A DNA stretch of 64,000 nt from Mustelus asterias (lineage: Eukaryota): positions 620,001 through 684,000 of the forward strand of contig NC_135808.1 in NCBI RefSeq assembly GCF_964213995.1, given 5' to 3'. Below are positions 12,459-26,610 of the stretch, piece after piece. A program made the position numbers and the translations under genes. Below the pieces are notes generated by a model. It did not search any database and had not been told where the DNA came from. It worked only from the letters and a program-made list of their open reading frames with translations. Each line of letters begins with the position of its first letter. Positions within the stretch are counted from its first letter, which is position 1.

Positions 12459-14029
12459 TCCTTACCCAGTCTGGCCTACATGTGACTCCAGAGCCACAGC
12501 AATGTGGTTGACTCTGAACTGCCCTCTGAAGAAGGGCAACCAGGGATGGGCAATAAATGCTGGCCAGCCAGCATATCCCATGAATGAATAAAAAAATTAA
12601 AGGCTGGCACTTGAGTGCCTCCGAGGGAACACTGCAACACCAGAAATGTCATTCTTCAGTTGGGATATTAAATTGAGATGCTATCTGCCATCCTCAAATA
12701 AACAGAAAACATCCCGCAATTATTTAAATGGGAATGGGAGTTTCTCTCAGTATCCTGACCAAATTCCCACCCTCAAAGGGGCAAAAAAGGCTTCATTTAT
12801 CTAGCAGAAACCTCAGGACATTCCCAACGCACTTTAGGGGTAAAGCTAGTACATTTGAAGTGTAATCGCTGTTGTAATGCAAGAAGACCCGGCTGCCAAT
12901 TTCTACACAGGAAGCTCCCACAAACAGCAGTGTGATGACAACCAGATCATCAGCTTTCGTGATGTTGATTGAGGGATAAATATTGACCAGGATAAATTTC
13001 CCTTCACTTCTTCAAAACAGTGCCTCTGAACCGTTTACATCCAGAGGAGAGGGCAGACGGGGCCTCAGATATAAAAACCTGCACCTCCAATAGAGTGGCA
13101 CTCAGCACTGGAGAACATTTTAACACAGGTCTTCATGGGACTTGAATCTTAACAACTTTTGATTCAGAGGACAGTGTGCCACCAACTGATTCACAGCTAG
13201 TTTTCAACCACCAAAACAAAGAAATCAACTGGGCATCACTTCCAATCTGCAGGGCCTTGTAGTTACTCTGTGTCCAGAAGGCTTAGGCTCCCCTTCTGGA
13301 CACAAAGGACTGCGCCAACCCTGCTCCCACTTGGGCCCCAATGGGCTGGGATAACTAAACACTCGCACTCACCTGCATAGGTTCACCATAACACCACGCC
13401 CCTTAGTCTTCAACTCACCCTTAGCTGTCCACCCAGAATTCACCTCAACCCAAACTACCTCCCCGACCAGGGCTCGCACCTTACCCCCATGCCACCTCCC
13501 CCCATCCCACACCAACCCCCATGCCACCTCCTGGACTTGGCTTCGCCCCAAACCCCCCTGTAGGGCAGTATAGTGGGTTAACACTGCTGCCTCGCAGCAC
13601 CAGGGACCCTGGTTCGATTCCCGGCTTGGGTCACTGTCTGTGTGGAGTTTGCACATTCTCCCCATGTCTACATGGGTTTCCTCCGGTTTCCTCCAACAGT
13701 CCAAAGATGTGCTGATTAGGGTGCATTGGCCGTACTAAATTGCCCCTCAGTGTATCCAAACAGGCACCGGAGTGTGGCGACTAGAGGATTTTCACAGGAA
13801 CTTCATTGCAGTGTTAATGTAAGCCTACTTGAGACACTAAGCTTTAAGTTTTTTAAAATATTTGCCCCCAATTACATTTCCCCAAAACCTCCCTGACCCA
13901 CTGCACCCCGAGACTTTAGACTGAGATTCAAATCCCCCCCAAACAGGGAACCCTCCCCTCCCGGGGCTCCCTTCTGCAGGAAAGCCCCCGGCTCCACCGC
14001 GGCCTACAAGCTATGAAGCCCCTCCTAAC

Positions 14030-14330
14030 CCACTGCGGGGTTTGGTGAGGGGCTGCCTGCGTCCTCCCGCCTCCCCATCTCCTTTCCCTCTATCAGAACG
14101 GAGGCCGGCTCCTCTCACCATAATGGCGGCAGCGCCAACGGCACCTCGCAGCGATTCCGATTCAAACCCCACTGCGCCTGCGCCGCCCCGCTCTCGCGAT
14201 CTCCCGAGGTTCCGTACCCCCCCCCCCGCTCTCGCGAGAACTCCTCAAGCCTCACCCCCCCACCGCACCTCCCACCGCGCAGGCGCAGCACTCGGTTCTG
14301 TCCCCGCCCTTTCTGGATTTGATTGACAGC
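14030..14330 (-). promoter_or_regulatory. LSM2 CpG-island housekeeping promoter
   Basis: GC/CpG-rich, no TATA box seen. Contains TCTCGCGAGA (~14230), NRF1-like GCGCCTGCGC and GCGCAGGCGC, YY1-like AATGGCGGC and GC boxes. Confidence 0.8.
14119..14121 (-). CDS. LSM2: LSM2 exon 1 coding part (ATG only)
   Basis: gccgccattATG|gtgaga inside a CpG island. Exons total 3+68+31+60+126=288 nt, i.e. 95 aa plus stop. Confidence 0.9.
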
Positions 14331-14949
14331 TGACATTCCCCCACGTGCTGCCAGTTTGTAACAAAAGGTTACTTTCCCAAATTTCAATTTTAAAACCCAA
14401 TCCATGCAGTAACTTCACTGGACTGGTCATGCAGAGTTCAATCATGACAACTGGTGAATTTCAATTTAATTTAAAAAAGAATGGAAAAGTCTCAGTAACC
14501 TATCGAGTTCAGTAATGTGGGAAGGAAGTCTGCCATCCTGCCTAGCCTGACCTACATGTGACTCTAGACAGTTGACTCTCGAATGGCTGAGCAAGCCATT
14601 CAGTACAAGGGCAATTAGGGATGAGTAATAAATGTTGCCCTTGACAGCAACATTTACATCCCATTCAAGAAATGAAGTGTTTTAGATTTAAAGTCAAAAT
14701 GTGAGCAGTTCGGACAGCATCTGTGGTGAGAGAAACAGAGTTAACTCCGAATTGAACAGTCATATGGACTCAAACCATTAACTCTGTTAATGTTAACTGG
14801 TTCATTAATGTCCTTAGGGGGGGGAATCTGTCATCCTTACCCGGCCTGGCCTACATGTGACTCCAAATCCAGAAATGTGGTTGACTGGGATATAGCTGAC
14901 AAAGATGACTATGTGTGTGTGCATGTGTGTGTGTGTTGGGAGTGGGAGA

Positions 14950-16490
14950 TGGTTAGGATTACTAAGTTTGCAGGTGACACAAAGATTGGCCGTGTGGTTA
15001 ACAGTGAGGCTGAGTGTCTTGGCCGACAAGAAGATATAGACTGGATGGTCAAATGGGCAGGTAAGTGGCAGATGGAATTTAACCCTGAAAAGTGTGAGGT
15101 GATACACTTTGGAAGGAGTAACTTGACAAGGAAGTATTCAATGAAGGGTAGGACACTCGGAAGCTCTGTGGAACAAAGGGACTTTAGCGTGTTTGAAGGT
15201 GGAAGGGCATGTAAAGTGGTGAAAAAGGCATATGGGACACTTGCCTTTATCAATGGAGGCATAGATTACAAAGACAGGGAAGTCATGTTGGAGTTGTATA
15301 GAACTTTGGTGAGGCCACAGCTGGAGTACTGTGCGCAGTTCTGGTCACCACATTATAGGAAGGATCTGATTTCACTGGAGGGGGTCCAGAGGAGATTCAC
15401 CAGAATGCTGCCTGGGATGGAACATTTAAGTCATGAAGAGAGCTTGGATAGGCTTGGGTAGTTTTTGTTGGAGCAGAGAAGACTGGGAAGTGGGGGTAAC
15501 CTGATCGAGGTGCACAAGATTGAGGGGCATAGATTGGGGTTGGGTTTACAATCAGATCAGCCATGTTGGGTCCCCTATTATTCATCATTTATATAAGTGA
15601 CATAGATAATTATGTAGTGGGTAGGGATAGTAAGTTTACGAGTGGCACAAAGATTGGCTGGGTGGTTAAAAGTAAAGTGGAGTGTCTTGGGCTACGAGAA
15701 GATGTCGACGGAATTGACAAATGGGCAGGTAAGATGATCCTGAAAAGTACACTTTAGAACAAGTAATTTGACAGGGAAGTACTTGATGAATGGTAGGATA
15801 CAGGAAGTTCTGTGGAACAAAGGGAGTTTGGCATGTTTGTCCACAGATCTCTGAAGGCGGAAGGGCATGTTAGTAAGGTGGTGATAAAGGCATTTGGGAC
15901 ACTTGCTTTTATCAATTGAGGCATAAATTACAAAAGCAGGGAAGTCATGTTGGAGTTGTATTGAACTTTGATGGGGCCAGCTAGAATACTGAGTGCAGTT
16001 CTGGTCGCCACATTATAGGAAGGATGTGATTGCACTGGAGGGGATCCAGAGGAGATTCACCAGGATGCTGCCTGGGATGGAACATTTAAGTCATGAAGAG
16101 AGCTTAGATAGGCTTGGGTAGTTTGTGTTGGAGCAGAGAAAACTGGGGGGTGGGGTGACCTGATCGAGGTGCACAAGATTGAGGGGCATGGATAAGGAGA
16201 ACCTGTTCCCCTTAGTTGAAGGGACAGAAGTTTCAAGTGAGGGACAGGAGGTTTGGGGGGGTGAGGAAAAACGTTTTTATCCAGAGGGTGGTCTGGAATG
16301 AGTTGCCTGGGAGGTTAGTGGAGGCAGGTTGTCCCACATCCTTTAAAAAGTACCAGGATGAGCACTTGGCACATAATATTCAAGGCTATGGACCAAGTGG
16401 GATTAGGTAGGTAGATCAGGTATTTCACACGTGTCGGTGCACACTTGATGGGCCAAAGGGCCTCTTCTGCACGGGATGATTCTATGATTC
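14950..16490 (+). mobile_element. Two tandem degraded CR1 RT fragments
   Basis: KFAGDTK, VRPQLEYCAQFWSP. The segments ~15230-15530 and ~15895-16190 repeat each other. Confidence 0.85.
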
Positions 16491-17019
16491 TTCATTGTAT
16501 TCCAGCTGCATCCCTAGGTAATCCCACCAAGTGAAAAAGGTACAAGTGACATTGACAAGTTTAACTGTTCATTTATAAACTGTCCAAACCTCTTCCTGTT
16601 CTTAGGATCAGTGACAATTCAAACTTTTCTCAGAACCATGCCATATTTTCCAGTAAACTGGAAACTGGAAAGGCGCCAGGAATGAGTTATTAGAATGCTA
16701 CCCAACTCCATTAGCAACCAGAGGGGACACGTAATGCTCAACATGAAAAACATACAGGAAACAAGTTTTGCAGAAAAATTCACCAGTAACAAGTTTAATT
16801 GTCACTGTTCAAACACCCAGTTGGAAACGTACACAATCATTTATCTAACCCCGCAAACATTCTCCAATTCAACTAGATTTTCAAAAGTACTCAACCATCT
16901 AAAGGACCACTGCAATTTCAGGGAGGAGGGAAGAGAAAACAACTTAAAATGGTATCACTGCCATAACCATAGGTGACTTGAATGACAGAGAGTTTTCCAC
17001 TTCCGGAACATTTAAAAGT

Positions 17020-18939
17020 TCAATCAACTTCCTCAATTGTTGGACCACCAGAACGATCCTTTCCGACTTGCCCAGAGAATGACCCTTCCGGCATGCCTCC
17101 CTGGTGGAGCTTGGCAGTGATGGGTTTGCAAATCTTTTCCAAATCCTTCAATTGTTGCTCAAAGTCTTCCTTCTCGGCCCCTTGGTTCGCCTCCAGCCAG
17201 GATATGGCCTGGTTACACTTCTCAATCACTCTGTTCTTGTCTTCCTCGCTGATCTTGCCTTTAATTTTCTCCTCCTCCACCGAACTCTTCATGTTGAAGG
17301 CGTACGACTCCAGAGAGTTCTTGGCGGCGATCTTCTCACGCTGTTGGTCGTCTTGGGTTTTGTATTTTTCTGCTTCCTGCACCATCCTCTCAATCTCCTC
17401 CTTGCTCAGCCTGCCCTTGTCATTGGTGATGGTGATCTTGCTCTCTTTGCCGGTGCTCTTGTCCACAGCCGACACATTCAGGATGCCGTTGGCGTCGATG
17501 TCAAAGGTCACCTCAATTTGTGGCACTCCGCGTGGCACAGGGGGAATCCCACTCAGGTCAAATTTGCCCAGGAGGTTGTTGTCCTTGGTCATGGCTCTCT
17601 CTCCTTCATAGACCTGGATCAAGACGCCAGGCTGGCTGTCAGAATACGTGGTGAAGATCTGCGTCTGCTTGGTGGGAATGGTGGTGTTACGCTTGATGAG
17701 GGTGGTCATCACCCCTCCTGCTGTCTCCAGACCCAATGATAGTGGAGTGACATCCAACAGTAGAAGATCTTGAACATTCTCTGACTTATCCCCCATCAGA
17801 ATAGCTGCTTGAACGGCCGCTCCATAGGCCACGGCTTCATCAGGATTGATGCTCTTGTTTAGATCTCTGCCGTTGAAGAAATCTTGCAGCAGTTTCTGGA
17901 TCTTGGGGATGCGGGTGGAGCCCCCGACCAAGACAATATCGTTAACATGAGCTTTATCCATCTTGGCGTCTCTCAGAGCTTTCTCCACTGGTTCCAGAGT
18001 GCCTCTGAACAGGTCGGTGTTAAGTTCTTCAAACCGAGCCCTGGTGATGGAGGTGTAGAAATCTATCCCTTCAAACAGCGAGTCAATCTCCACACTGGCT
18101 TGTGTGCTGGAAGACAGGGTTCTCTTTGCTCTCTCGCAGGCTGTCCTCAGTCTCCTGACCGCCCTCTTGTTCTCACTGATGTCCCTCTTGTATTTACGCT
18201 TGAACTCCTCAATGAAGTGATTGACCATGCGGTTATCAAAGTCTTCTCCTCCCAAGTGGGTGTCACCCGCTGTCGATTTCACTTCAAAGATACCATCGTC
18301 AATTGTGAGAATGGAAACGTCGAAGGTGCCACCTCCCAAGTCAAAGATGAGAACATTGCGTTCCCCTCTGCCCTTCTTGTCTAGGCCGTAGGCAATGGCG
18401 GCTGCTGTTGGCTCATTGATGATCCGTAGGACATTAAGGCCAGCGATCACACCAGCATCCTTGGTTGCCTGGCGCTGGGAGTCATTGAAGTAAGCAGGAA
18501 CCGTGATCACGGCATTGCTGATGGTGTATCCCAGGTAGGCCTCAGCAATCTCCTTCATCTTGGTCAGCACCATGGAGGAGATTTCCTCAGGGTAGAATGT
18601 TTTATCCTCCCCCTTGTACTCGACCTTCACCTTGGGCTTCCCTGCGTCGTTCACCACCTGGAAGGGCCAGTGCTTCATGTCGGATTGGACCACTGGGTCG
18701 GTGAACTTTCTGCCAATGAGCCTCTTGGCATCAAAGATGGTGTTGGGCGGGTTCAGAGCCACCTGGTTCTTGGCGGCGTCTCCAATGAGCCTNNNNNNNN
18801 NNNNNNNNNNNNNNNNNNNNNNNNNNNNNNNNNNNNNNNNNNNNNNNNNNNNNNNNNNNNNNNNNNNNNNNNNNNNNNNNNNNNNNNNNNNNNNNNNNNN
18901 NNNNNNNNNNNNNNNNNNNNNNNNNNNNCTGCTTGCCAT
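17020..18939 (-). CDS. hsp70: Cytosolic HSP70 copy 1 (HSPA1-family), about 639 aa, N-terminus crosses an assembly gap
   Basis: Motifs [47 protein letters not shown] and C-terminal [11 protein letters not shown] at 18939 in aaagATGG context stays in frame across the N gap with the expected spacing to RLIGDAAK. Confidence 0.93.
   Translation of the reverse strand: MASXXXXXXXXXXXXXXXXXXXXXXXXXXXXXXXXXXXXXXXXXXXXXXRLIGDAAKNQVALNPPNTIFDAKRLIGRKFTDPVVQSDMKHWPFQVVNDAGKPKVKVEYKGEDKTFYPEEISSMVLTKMKEIAEAYLGYTISNAVITVPAYFNDSQRQATKDAGVIAGLNVLRIINEPTAAAIAYGLDKKGRGERNVLIFDLGGGTFDVSILTIDDGIFEVKSTAGDTHLGGEDFDNRMVNHFIEEFKRKYKRDISENKRAVRRLRTACERAKRTLSSSTQASVEIDSLFEGIDFYTSITRARFEELNTDLFRGTLEPVEKALRDAKMDKAHVNDIVLVGGSTRIPKIQKLLQDFFNGRDLNKSINPDEAVAYGAAVQAAILMGDKSENVQDLLLLDVTPLSLGLETAGGVMTTLIKRNTTIPTKQTQIFTTYSDSQPGVLIQVYEGERAMTKDNNLLGKFDLSGIPPVPRGVPQIEVTFDIDANGILNVSAVDKSTGKESKITITNDKGRLSKEEIERMVQEAEKYKTQDDQQREKIAAKNSLESYAFNMKSSVEEEKIKGKISEEDKNRVIEKCNQAISWLEANQGAEKEDFEQQLKDLEKICKPITAKLHQGGMPEGSFSGQVGKDRSGGPTIEEVD
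18793..18928. other. Assembly gap (136 N) within HSP70 copy 1
   Basis: Run of N. Confidence 1.
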
Positions 18940-18949
18940 CTTTGCCAAC

Positions 18950-19450
18950 CCCTCCCCTCCCTCAATACGGCCTACTAGGGCTGCAAAATCTCGGCCACAC
19001 CACCAGGCCTACCCCCTCTCCTCCCCCCCGCGCTCTCCTGCCTACTGCTGCCACTCCCGCTCACCTCACTGCCTATTTATAGCCACGTGGCAGAGAGGGC
19101 CTCTGATTGACATCCGCGCCGCCCAATGGCCACGCCGGATCGCCGCCCCTTGGCAACGCTCCGGCCAATGAGGGAGGTCGCAGGGAGGAGGGGGGCGGGA
19201 CCGCTCTTCGGCTGATTGTGACGTCGGCGCCGCTGGAAGCCGCCCGCCGCGTGCTGGAAATGGCGCCAACCCCGAATTCAAATTTGAATTCCGCTCCAAC
19301 GGTCAGGTTCCCACAGTTGGGGCCTACTGGAAACTGATCGACTTTTAAAAATAAAAATCCCCCTCTACAGGCGATGATTGACCATCTTTGCACAATTATT
19401 GCGATATGTTGACGCCTGCCTGCCCGTTAGTTGCCATGAGAACCGTTGCA
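18950..19450 (-). promoter_or_regulatory. HSP70 copy 1 promoter
   Basis: TATAAATA (minus) 19074-19081, E-box CACGTG ~19084, several CCAAT boxes, CRE-like TGACGTC 19219-19225, X-box-like GTTGCCATGAGAAC 19430-19443. No clear three-unit HSE. Confidence 0.7.
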
Positions 19451-20959
19451 TTTGCGATTTTGTTACACATTAGACCCCAATGGAGTCATTCTGTTTCAAG
19501 ATTTTTTAATTTTCCAATTAAAGGCTACAAATCTTCCCATTTGTAGCGGGCTCTGCAAAAAGCAAAACCTGCCAAAAAATGTCAATTGGTTGGGGCCTGC
19601 CTCCCATCTTTGTCCTCTGACCCCTGGCCCAAACACTTGACTCTTTCTTGTTGACCCCTCAAATGGCAGAGCAAGTCCTTCAAGAGTCAGCATAATTTTA
19701 TTTTCCAAAATAAGGTCGCCAACCAGCACCCAACAGGAGGAGCCAGGATGGGCAGTGAGTCTAGCATGCCCACCATCGCCTAACTTTCATAATGTAATCA
19801 TGCGATGGGGACACATATACCCTGTGCTTTTCCCGCAATGGGACAAATCAATGGTAAGAAAAGTCTGCACTCGTCACGATAAATGTCTGGTAAACCTGGA
19901 ATTCATTTACATTTACAATACAGAAATGGGCCATTCGCCTCTACTGCTGTTTGCTGGTGTTTATGCTCCACACAAGCCTCCTCTCAACACTTCTCACCTC
20001 ATCACATAAGCATGTTGTTCTATTCCTTTCTCCCTCCTGTGCTTAGCTGCCTTTCCCTTAGATGTGTCTAAACTATTCACCTCAACTCCATTGATTCCAC
20101 AGTGTGGCCAATTGCAATTTCTTTGAAATTCAGAAGCAACTCTTTTCAGCCCACAGGAGTTTTGTTGTGAACTTAGAGTTGTGCAGGGAAATCCAGCTTC
20201 TCCCAGTGACACGGTGACTCAGTGGTTATCCTCAGGGCGCCAGGGACCCGGGTTCGATTTTATCTGTGTAGAGTTTGCACATTCTTCCCTGCGTGGGTTC
20301 CCTCTGGGTGTGCTGGTTTCCTCCCACAGCCAAAAGATGTGCAGGTTAGGTGGATTGGCCAAGCTAAATTGCCCCTTCGTGTCTAAGATGTGTGGGTTAG
20401 ATGGATGGCCATGCTAAATTGCCCCTTAGTATGCAGAGATGTGCAGGTTAAGTGGATTGGCCGTGGAAAATGCACAGGATTATGAGGGAGGACCTGGCTG
20501 GGATCCTCTTTCAAAGTGTCAGTGCAGACTCGATGGGCCGGATCGCCTCTTTCTGCACTATAGGGATTCTATGGTTCTATTCTGTGGTGACAGAAATCAA
20601 GTTAAAGCCTGAGGCTTTTGGAATTTATTCCATTAAGTGTGGTTATTGGAAACTCTTAGTTTCATTACTCACGACATAATTCTCTCTGTAAAATCCCCTT
20701 TGTGCACGTTACTCTTATAGTTCAACAGATGTGGATAATAAGTTAAAGTGCCTCATTCTGGCTAGCTGCCTTTCATTTTTGTTTAACAGAACTCGGTCTT
20801 CTATGTATTTCTTGTTTTATTATTGTAATGATACAACAGAGAGCAAATAAACATAATCCTCAGAAAATGGTATAGTTTGATCAATGCCCATTTCTGAAAT
20901 TTAAAGCAAAAATTGCCGGAAGTACTCAGCAGGTCAGACAGCCTACTGTGGCAGCCCGT

Positions 20960-21445
20960 TCACAAACATTCACTCCGTCCACCACTGGCGGCTGTGTATA
21001 CCGTCAACAAGATGCACTGCAAGGAACTCACTAAGGTTTCTTAGACAGCACCTTCCAAATCCATGTCCGCGACCATCTAGAAGGACAAGTACTGAATATA
21101 CCTGGGAACACCCACTACCTGGAGGTTCCCCTCCAAGTCACTCACCATCCTGACTTGGAAATATATCGGCCATTCCTTCACTGTCGTTGGGTCAAAATCC
21201 TGGAACTCCCTCCCTAACAGTTTAAAGTTTAAGTTTTAAAGTTTATTTATTAGTGTCACAAATAGGTTTACATTAGCACTCTAATTAAGTTACTGTGAAA
21301 ATCACCACTGTGGGTGTACCTACACCACATAGACTGCACTGGTTTAAGATGGCGACTCACCACCACCTACACAAGAAGTAATTAGGGATGGGCAATAAAT
21401 GCTGGCCTCGCCAGTGGTGCTCAAATCCCTTGAATGCATTTAAAA
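20960..21445 (+). mobile_element. 3' part of a second LINE family (CR1/L2-related) sharing its tail with SINE family 2
   Basis: Ends tagggatgggcaataaatgctggcc...atccc. Homologous reverse copy at ~5845-6160. Confidence 0.6.
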
Positions 21446-21946
21446 ATGAAACATTTCTGAAGAGAGGAACTTTAATTAACAGGTTCATTTTAAAACATGA
21501 AAGGACACTGACCCTAAACACTAACTTGCTTCTCTCACCATGGTTTCTGCCTGACTTGCTGAGTATTCTGAGCATCCGCATATCTGTGCTGAAAAAAAAA
21601 TCAAATTTAACATCTGCTGGGGAGCACAGTTAAGAGCAGAGGGGAGAATGGAGTTTAAAAAATACATTAAAAAGCAAGTGAACAAAGCAGTGGCAAGTGG
21701 AATTAATACGTGAAAGTGTGAGACGACAACTATGGGTGAAGTTTCAAAGTGATGAGAAATAGGAACCTTGCCAGAGCCAAGTGTGTCCGTCTACAGAAAT
21801 CTCTAAAAGCTAGGAGATAAATATGGAAAACAACGAACAAAGGCTGACGGAATGTTTTTCTAATGCATTTGTTTAAAGTTTATTTATTAGTGTCACAAAT
21901 AGGCTTACGTTAACACTGCAATGAAGTTAACTGAAAATCCCCTAGT

Positions 21947-24900
21947 CATAGAAACATAGCAACTAGAAGAAGGAGTAGGCCATTCTGCCTGCTCCGCCAT
22001 TCATTTTGATCATGGCTGATCATTGAATTCAATATCCTGATTCCCCCTTTCTCCCCATATCCCTTGATCCCTTTAGCCCCAAGAACTATATCTAATTTCT
22101 TCTTGAAATCACACAATGTTTTGGCCTCAACTACTTTCTGTGGTAGTGAATTCCACACATTCAGCACCCTCTGGGTGAAGAAATTTCTTTTACCCCCTTA
22201 TCCTCAAACTATGACCCCGAGTTCTGGAATCCCCCACTGTTGGGAACATTCTTTCTCAATCCACCCTGTATAACCCTGTTAGATTTTATAAGTTTCTATG
22301 AGGTCCCCTCTCACTCTTCTAAACTCCAGTGAAGATAATCCTAACTAATTTAGCCTCTCACCATATGACAGACCTGCCGTCCCAGGAATCAGCCTTGTAA
22401 ACCTTCGCTGTACTCCCTCTATAGCAAGGACATCCTTTCTCAGATAAGGACACCAAAACTGCACACAATATTCCAGATGCAGCCTCACCAATGTCCTATA
22501 AAATTACAGCAAAACATCTCTATCCCTATACTCAAATTCTCTCCTATGAAGGCCAACATACCATTTGCCTTCTTTACTGCATGTTGTATCTGCACACTTA
22601 CTTTCAGTGACTGATGCACGAGGACTCCAAGATCTCGTTGAGTATCCACCTTTTTCAATTTATACCATTTCAAGGAATAATCTGTCTTCCTATTATTGCT
22701 ACCAAAGTGGATAACCTCACATTTGTCCACATTGATACTGCATCTGCCATGCAGATGCCCACGCACTCAACCTGTCCAAATCACGCTGAAGCATAGAACC
22801 ATAGAAAATTACAGCTCAGAAACAGGCCTTTTGGCCCTTCTTGTCTGTGCCGAACCATTTTTTGCCTAGTCCCACTGACCTGCACTTGGACCATATCCCT
22901 CCACACCCCTCTCATCCATGAACCCGTCCAAGTTTTTCTTAAATGTTAAAAGTGACCCCGCATTTACCACTTTATCCGGCAGCTCATTCCACACTCCCAC
23001 CACTCTCTGCGTGAAGAAGCCCCCCCTAATATTCCCTTTAAACTTTTCTCCTTTCACCCTTAACTCATGCCCTCTGGTTTTTTTCTCCCCTAGCCTCAGC
23101 GGAAAAAGCCTGCTTGCATTCACTCTATCTATACCCATCAAAATCTTATACACCTCTATCAAATCTCCCCTCAATCTTCTACGCTCCAGGGAATAAAGTC
23201 CCAACCTATTCAATCTCTCTCTCTAACTCAGCTTCTCAAGTCCCGGCAACATCCTTGTGAACCTTCTCTGCACTCTTTCAACCTTATTTACATCCTTCCT
23301 GTAACTAGGTGACCAAAACTGTACACAATACTCCAAATTCGGCCTCACCAATGCCTTATATAACCTTACCATAACACTCCAACTTTTATACTCTATACTC
23401 CGATTTATAAAGGCCAATGTACCAAAGGCACTCTTTACGACCCTATCCACCTGTGACGTCACTTTTAGGGAATTCTGTACCTGTATTTCCAGATCCCTCT
23501 GTTCAACTGCACTCTTCAGAGTCCTACCATTTACCCTGTATGTTCTACTTTGGTTTGTCCTTCCAATGTGCAATATCTCACACTTGTCTGCGTTAAATTC
23601 CATTTGCCATTTTTCAGCCCATTTTTTCTAGTTGGTCCAAATCCCTCTGCAAGCTTTGAAAACCTTCCTCACTGTCCACTACACCTCCAATCTTTGTATC
23701 ATCAGCAAACTTGCTGATCCAATTCACCACATTATCATCCAGATCATTGATATAGATGACAAACAACAATGGACCCAACACCGATCCCTGCGGCACACCA
23801 CTAGTCACAGGCCTCCACTCAGAGAAGCAATCCTCCACAACCACTCTCTGGCTTCTTCCATTGAGCCAGTGTCTAATCCAATTTACTACCTCCCCATGTA
23901 TACCTAGCGACTGAACCTTCCTAACTAACCTCCCATGAGGGACCTTGTCAAAGGCCTTGCTGAAATCCAGGTAGACAATATCCACCGCCTTCCCTTCATC
24001 CACTTTCCTGGTAACCTCCTCGAAAAACTCTAATAGATTGGTCAAACATGACCTACCACGCACAAAGCCATGTTGACTCTCCCTAATAAGTCCCTGTCTA
24101 TCCAAATATTTGTAGATCCTATCCCTTATCACACCTTCCAATAACTTGCCCACCACCGACGTCAAACTTACTGGCCTATAATTTCCCGCATTTCTTTTGG
24201 AACCTATTTTAAACAATGGAACAACATGAGCCACCCTCCAATCATCCGGCACCTCCCCCGTGAATACTGACATTTTAAATATGTCTGCCAGGGCCCCTGC
24301 AAGTTCAACACTAGCTTCCCTCAAGGTCCGTGGGTATACCCTGTCTGGACCTAGGGATTTATCCACTCTGATTTGCCTCAAGACAGTGAGCACCTCCTCC
24401 CCTTTAATCTGTAAAGGTTCCATGACCTCCCTACCTGTTTGCCCTATTTCCGTAGACTCCATGCCCGTTTCCTCAGTAAATACGGATGCAAAAAAACCAT
24501 TTAGTATCTCCCCCATCTCTTTTGGTTCCATACACAGTCTACCACTCTGGTCTTCAAGAGGACCAATTTTATCCCTCACTATCCTTTTGCTCCTAACATA
24601 CCTATAGAAGCTCTTTGGATTTTCCTTCACTCTGTCTGCCAAAGCAACCTCATGTCTTCTTTTAGCCCTCCTGATTTCCCTCTTAAGTAGCTTCTTGCAC
24701 TTTTTATACTCCTCGAGCATCTGATCTGTTCCTTGCTGCCTGTACATTTCATACAACTCTCTCTTCCTCTTAATCAGTGTTACAATCTCCCTCGAGAACC
24801 AAGGTTCCTTATTCCTATTTACTTTGCCTTTAATCCTGACAGGAACATACAAACTCTGCACTCTCAAAATTTCTCCTTTGAAGGCCTCCCACTTTCCATT

Positions 24901-26610
24901 TACACCCTTACCAGAGAACAGCCTGTGCCAATCCACACTTCCCAGATCCCTTCTCATTTCATCAAATTTGGCCTTTTTCCAGTTCAGAACTTCAACCCGA
25001 GGACCAGATCGATCCTTATCCACGATCAGGTTGAAACTAATGGCATTATGATCACTGGATCCAAAGTGTTCCCTCACACTCACATCCATCACCTGCCCTA
25101 ACTCATTTCCCAATAGGAGATCCAATATCGCATCCTCTCTGGTTGGCACCTCTATATACTGATGTAGAAAATTATCCTGAACACATTTTACAAACTCTAC
25201 CCCGTCTAAACCTTCAACAGTATGCGAGTCCCAATCTGTATGTGGAAAATTAAAATCCCCTACTATCACAACTTTGTGTTTCTTGCAGTTGTCAGCTATC
25301 TCTCCGCTGATTTGCTCCTCCAATTCTCGCTGACTATTGGGTGGTCTATAATACAACCCCATTCACGTGGTCATACCTTTCCTGTTTCTCAGCTCCACCC
25401 ATAGGGCCTCTGTAGACAAGCTCCCTAATCTATCCTGCCTGAGTACCGTTGTAACATTTTCCCTGACCAACAATGCCACCCCCCCACCTTTTATCCCTCT
25501 GCCTCTATCCTGCCTGAAACATTGGAACCCTGGAACATTGAGCTGCCAGTCCTGCCCCTCCTGTAGCCAAGTTTCACTAATGGCTATAATGTCATATTTC
25601 CATGTGTCTATCCACGCCTTCAGCTCATCTGCCTTCCCCACAATACTCCTGGCATTGAAATAGACACATCTCTGCTTCCTCCTCACAGCTCACCCTCCCA
25701 CCCAACTTTGTATCATCTGCAAATTTTGAGATAATGCATTCAGTTCCCTCTTCCAAATCATTAATATATAATGTGAACAGTTTGAGTCCTCGCACAGATC
25801 CCTGCGGAACCCCACTAGTCACTGACTGCCAATCAGAAAAAGAACCATTTATGCCAACTCTCTGCTTCCTATCTGCTAACCAGCTTTCTATCCATCTCAA
25901 GACACTACCTGCAACCCCATGTGCTTTAACTTTACATGTTAGTCTGTCATGTGAGACCTTGTCGAAAGTCCAAATGAACCATACCCACTGGCTCTCCTCG
26001 GCCAACTCTACTAGTTACATCTTCAAAAAATTCCAATAGATTCGTCAAGCATGATTTCCCTTTTGTAAATCGATACTGACTTCGTCTGATTATACCACTG
26101 CCTTCCAAATGTCGAGTTATAAAATCCTTGATAATGGATTCTCGTAACTTCCCCAGTTCTGACGTTAGGCTCTCTAGGGTCTATAGTTCTCTGTTTTCTC
26201 TCTACCTCCCTTTTTGAATAGCAAGCTTACATTAGCTACCCTCCAATCTGTAGGAACTATTCCAGAATCCAAAGTATTTTGGAAAATGACCACCAATGGA
26301 TCTACTATTTCCAGGGCCACCTCCTTCAGTACTTTGGGACGAAGATTATCAGGACTTGGAGATTCATCCACCTTCAATCCCATCAATTTCTCCAAACCAT
26401 TTCTCTACCAATGCTGATTTCCTTCAGCTCCTCACTAAAACATGTTTCTCTCAGCACTCCTGGTACATTAGTTATGTCTTCCTTTGTGAAGACTGAAGCA
26501 AAGTACAAACTACAGCAAAGTACAAAGTACATCAGCCATTTCTTTATTCCCCATATTAATTCTCCGGTTTCTGACTGTAAGGGACCTACATTCATTTTTG
26601 TTCATCTTTT
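21947..26610 (-). mobile_element. Older degraded CR1 LINE, split by a younger CR1
   Basis: RT fragments at 22485-22766 and 25670-26395. The host reads continuously across gctgaagcat|ctctgcttcc. Confidence 0.85.
22792..25669 (-). mobile_element. Young CR1 LINE with nearly complete ORF2 (APE endonuclease + RT) and about 3 disruptions
   Basis: FNARSI, AISETWL, YYRPP, GDFN, SDH endonuclease motifs; [29 protein letters not shown] motifs; 582-aa open stretch. Confidence 0.96.

Noticed and set aside
16982-18384. Long plus-strand ORFs antisense to the HSP70 genes (also 29711-30552 and 42343-44256)
   Set aside because: Antisense open frames are a known by-product of HSP70 codon usage. No independent promoter or recognisable domain.
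19060-19068. Donor-like GAG|GTGAGC suggesting a 5' UTR intron in HSP70 copy 1
   Set aside because: It lies about 10 nt from the TATA box, upstream of the expected transcription start.
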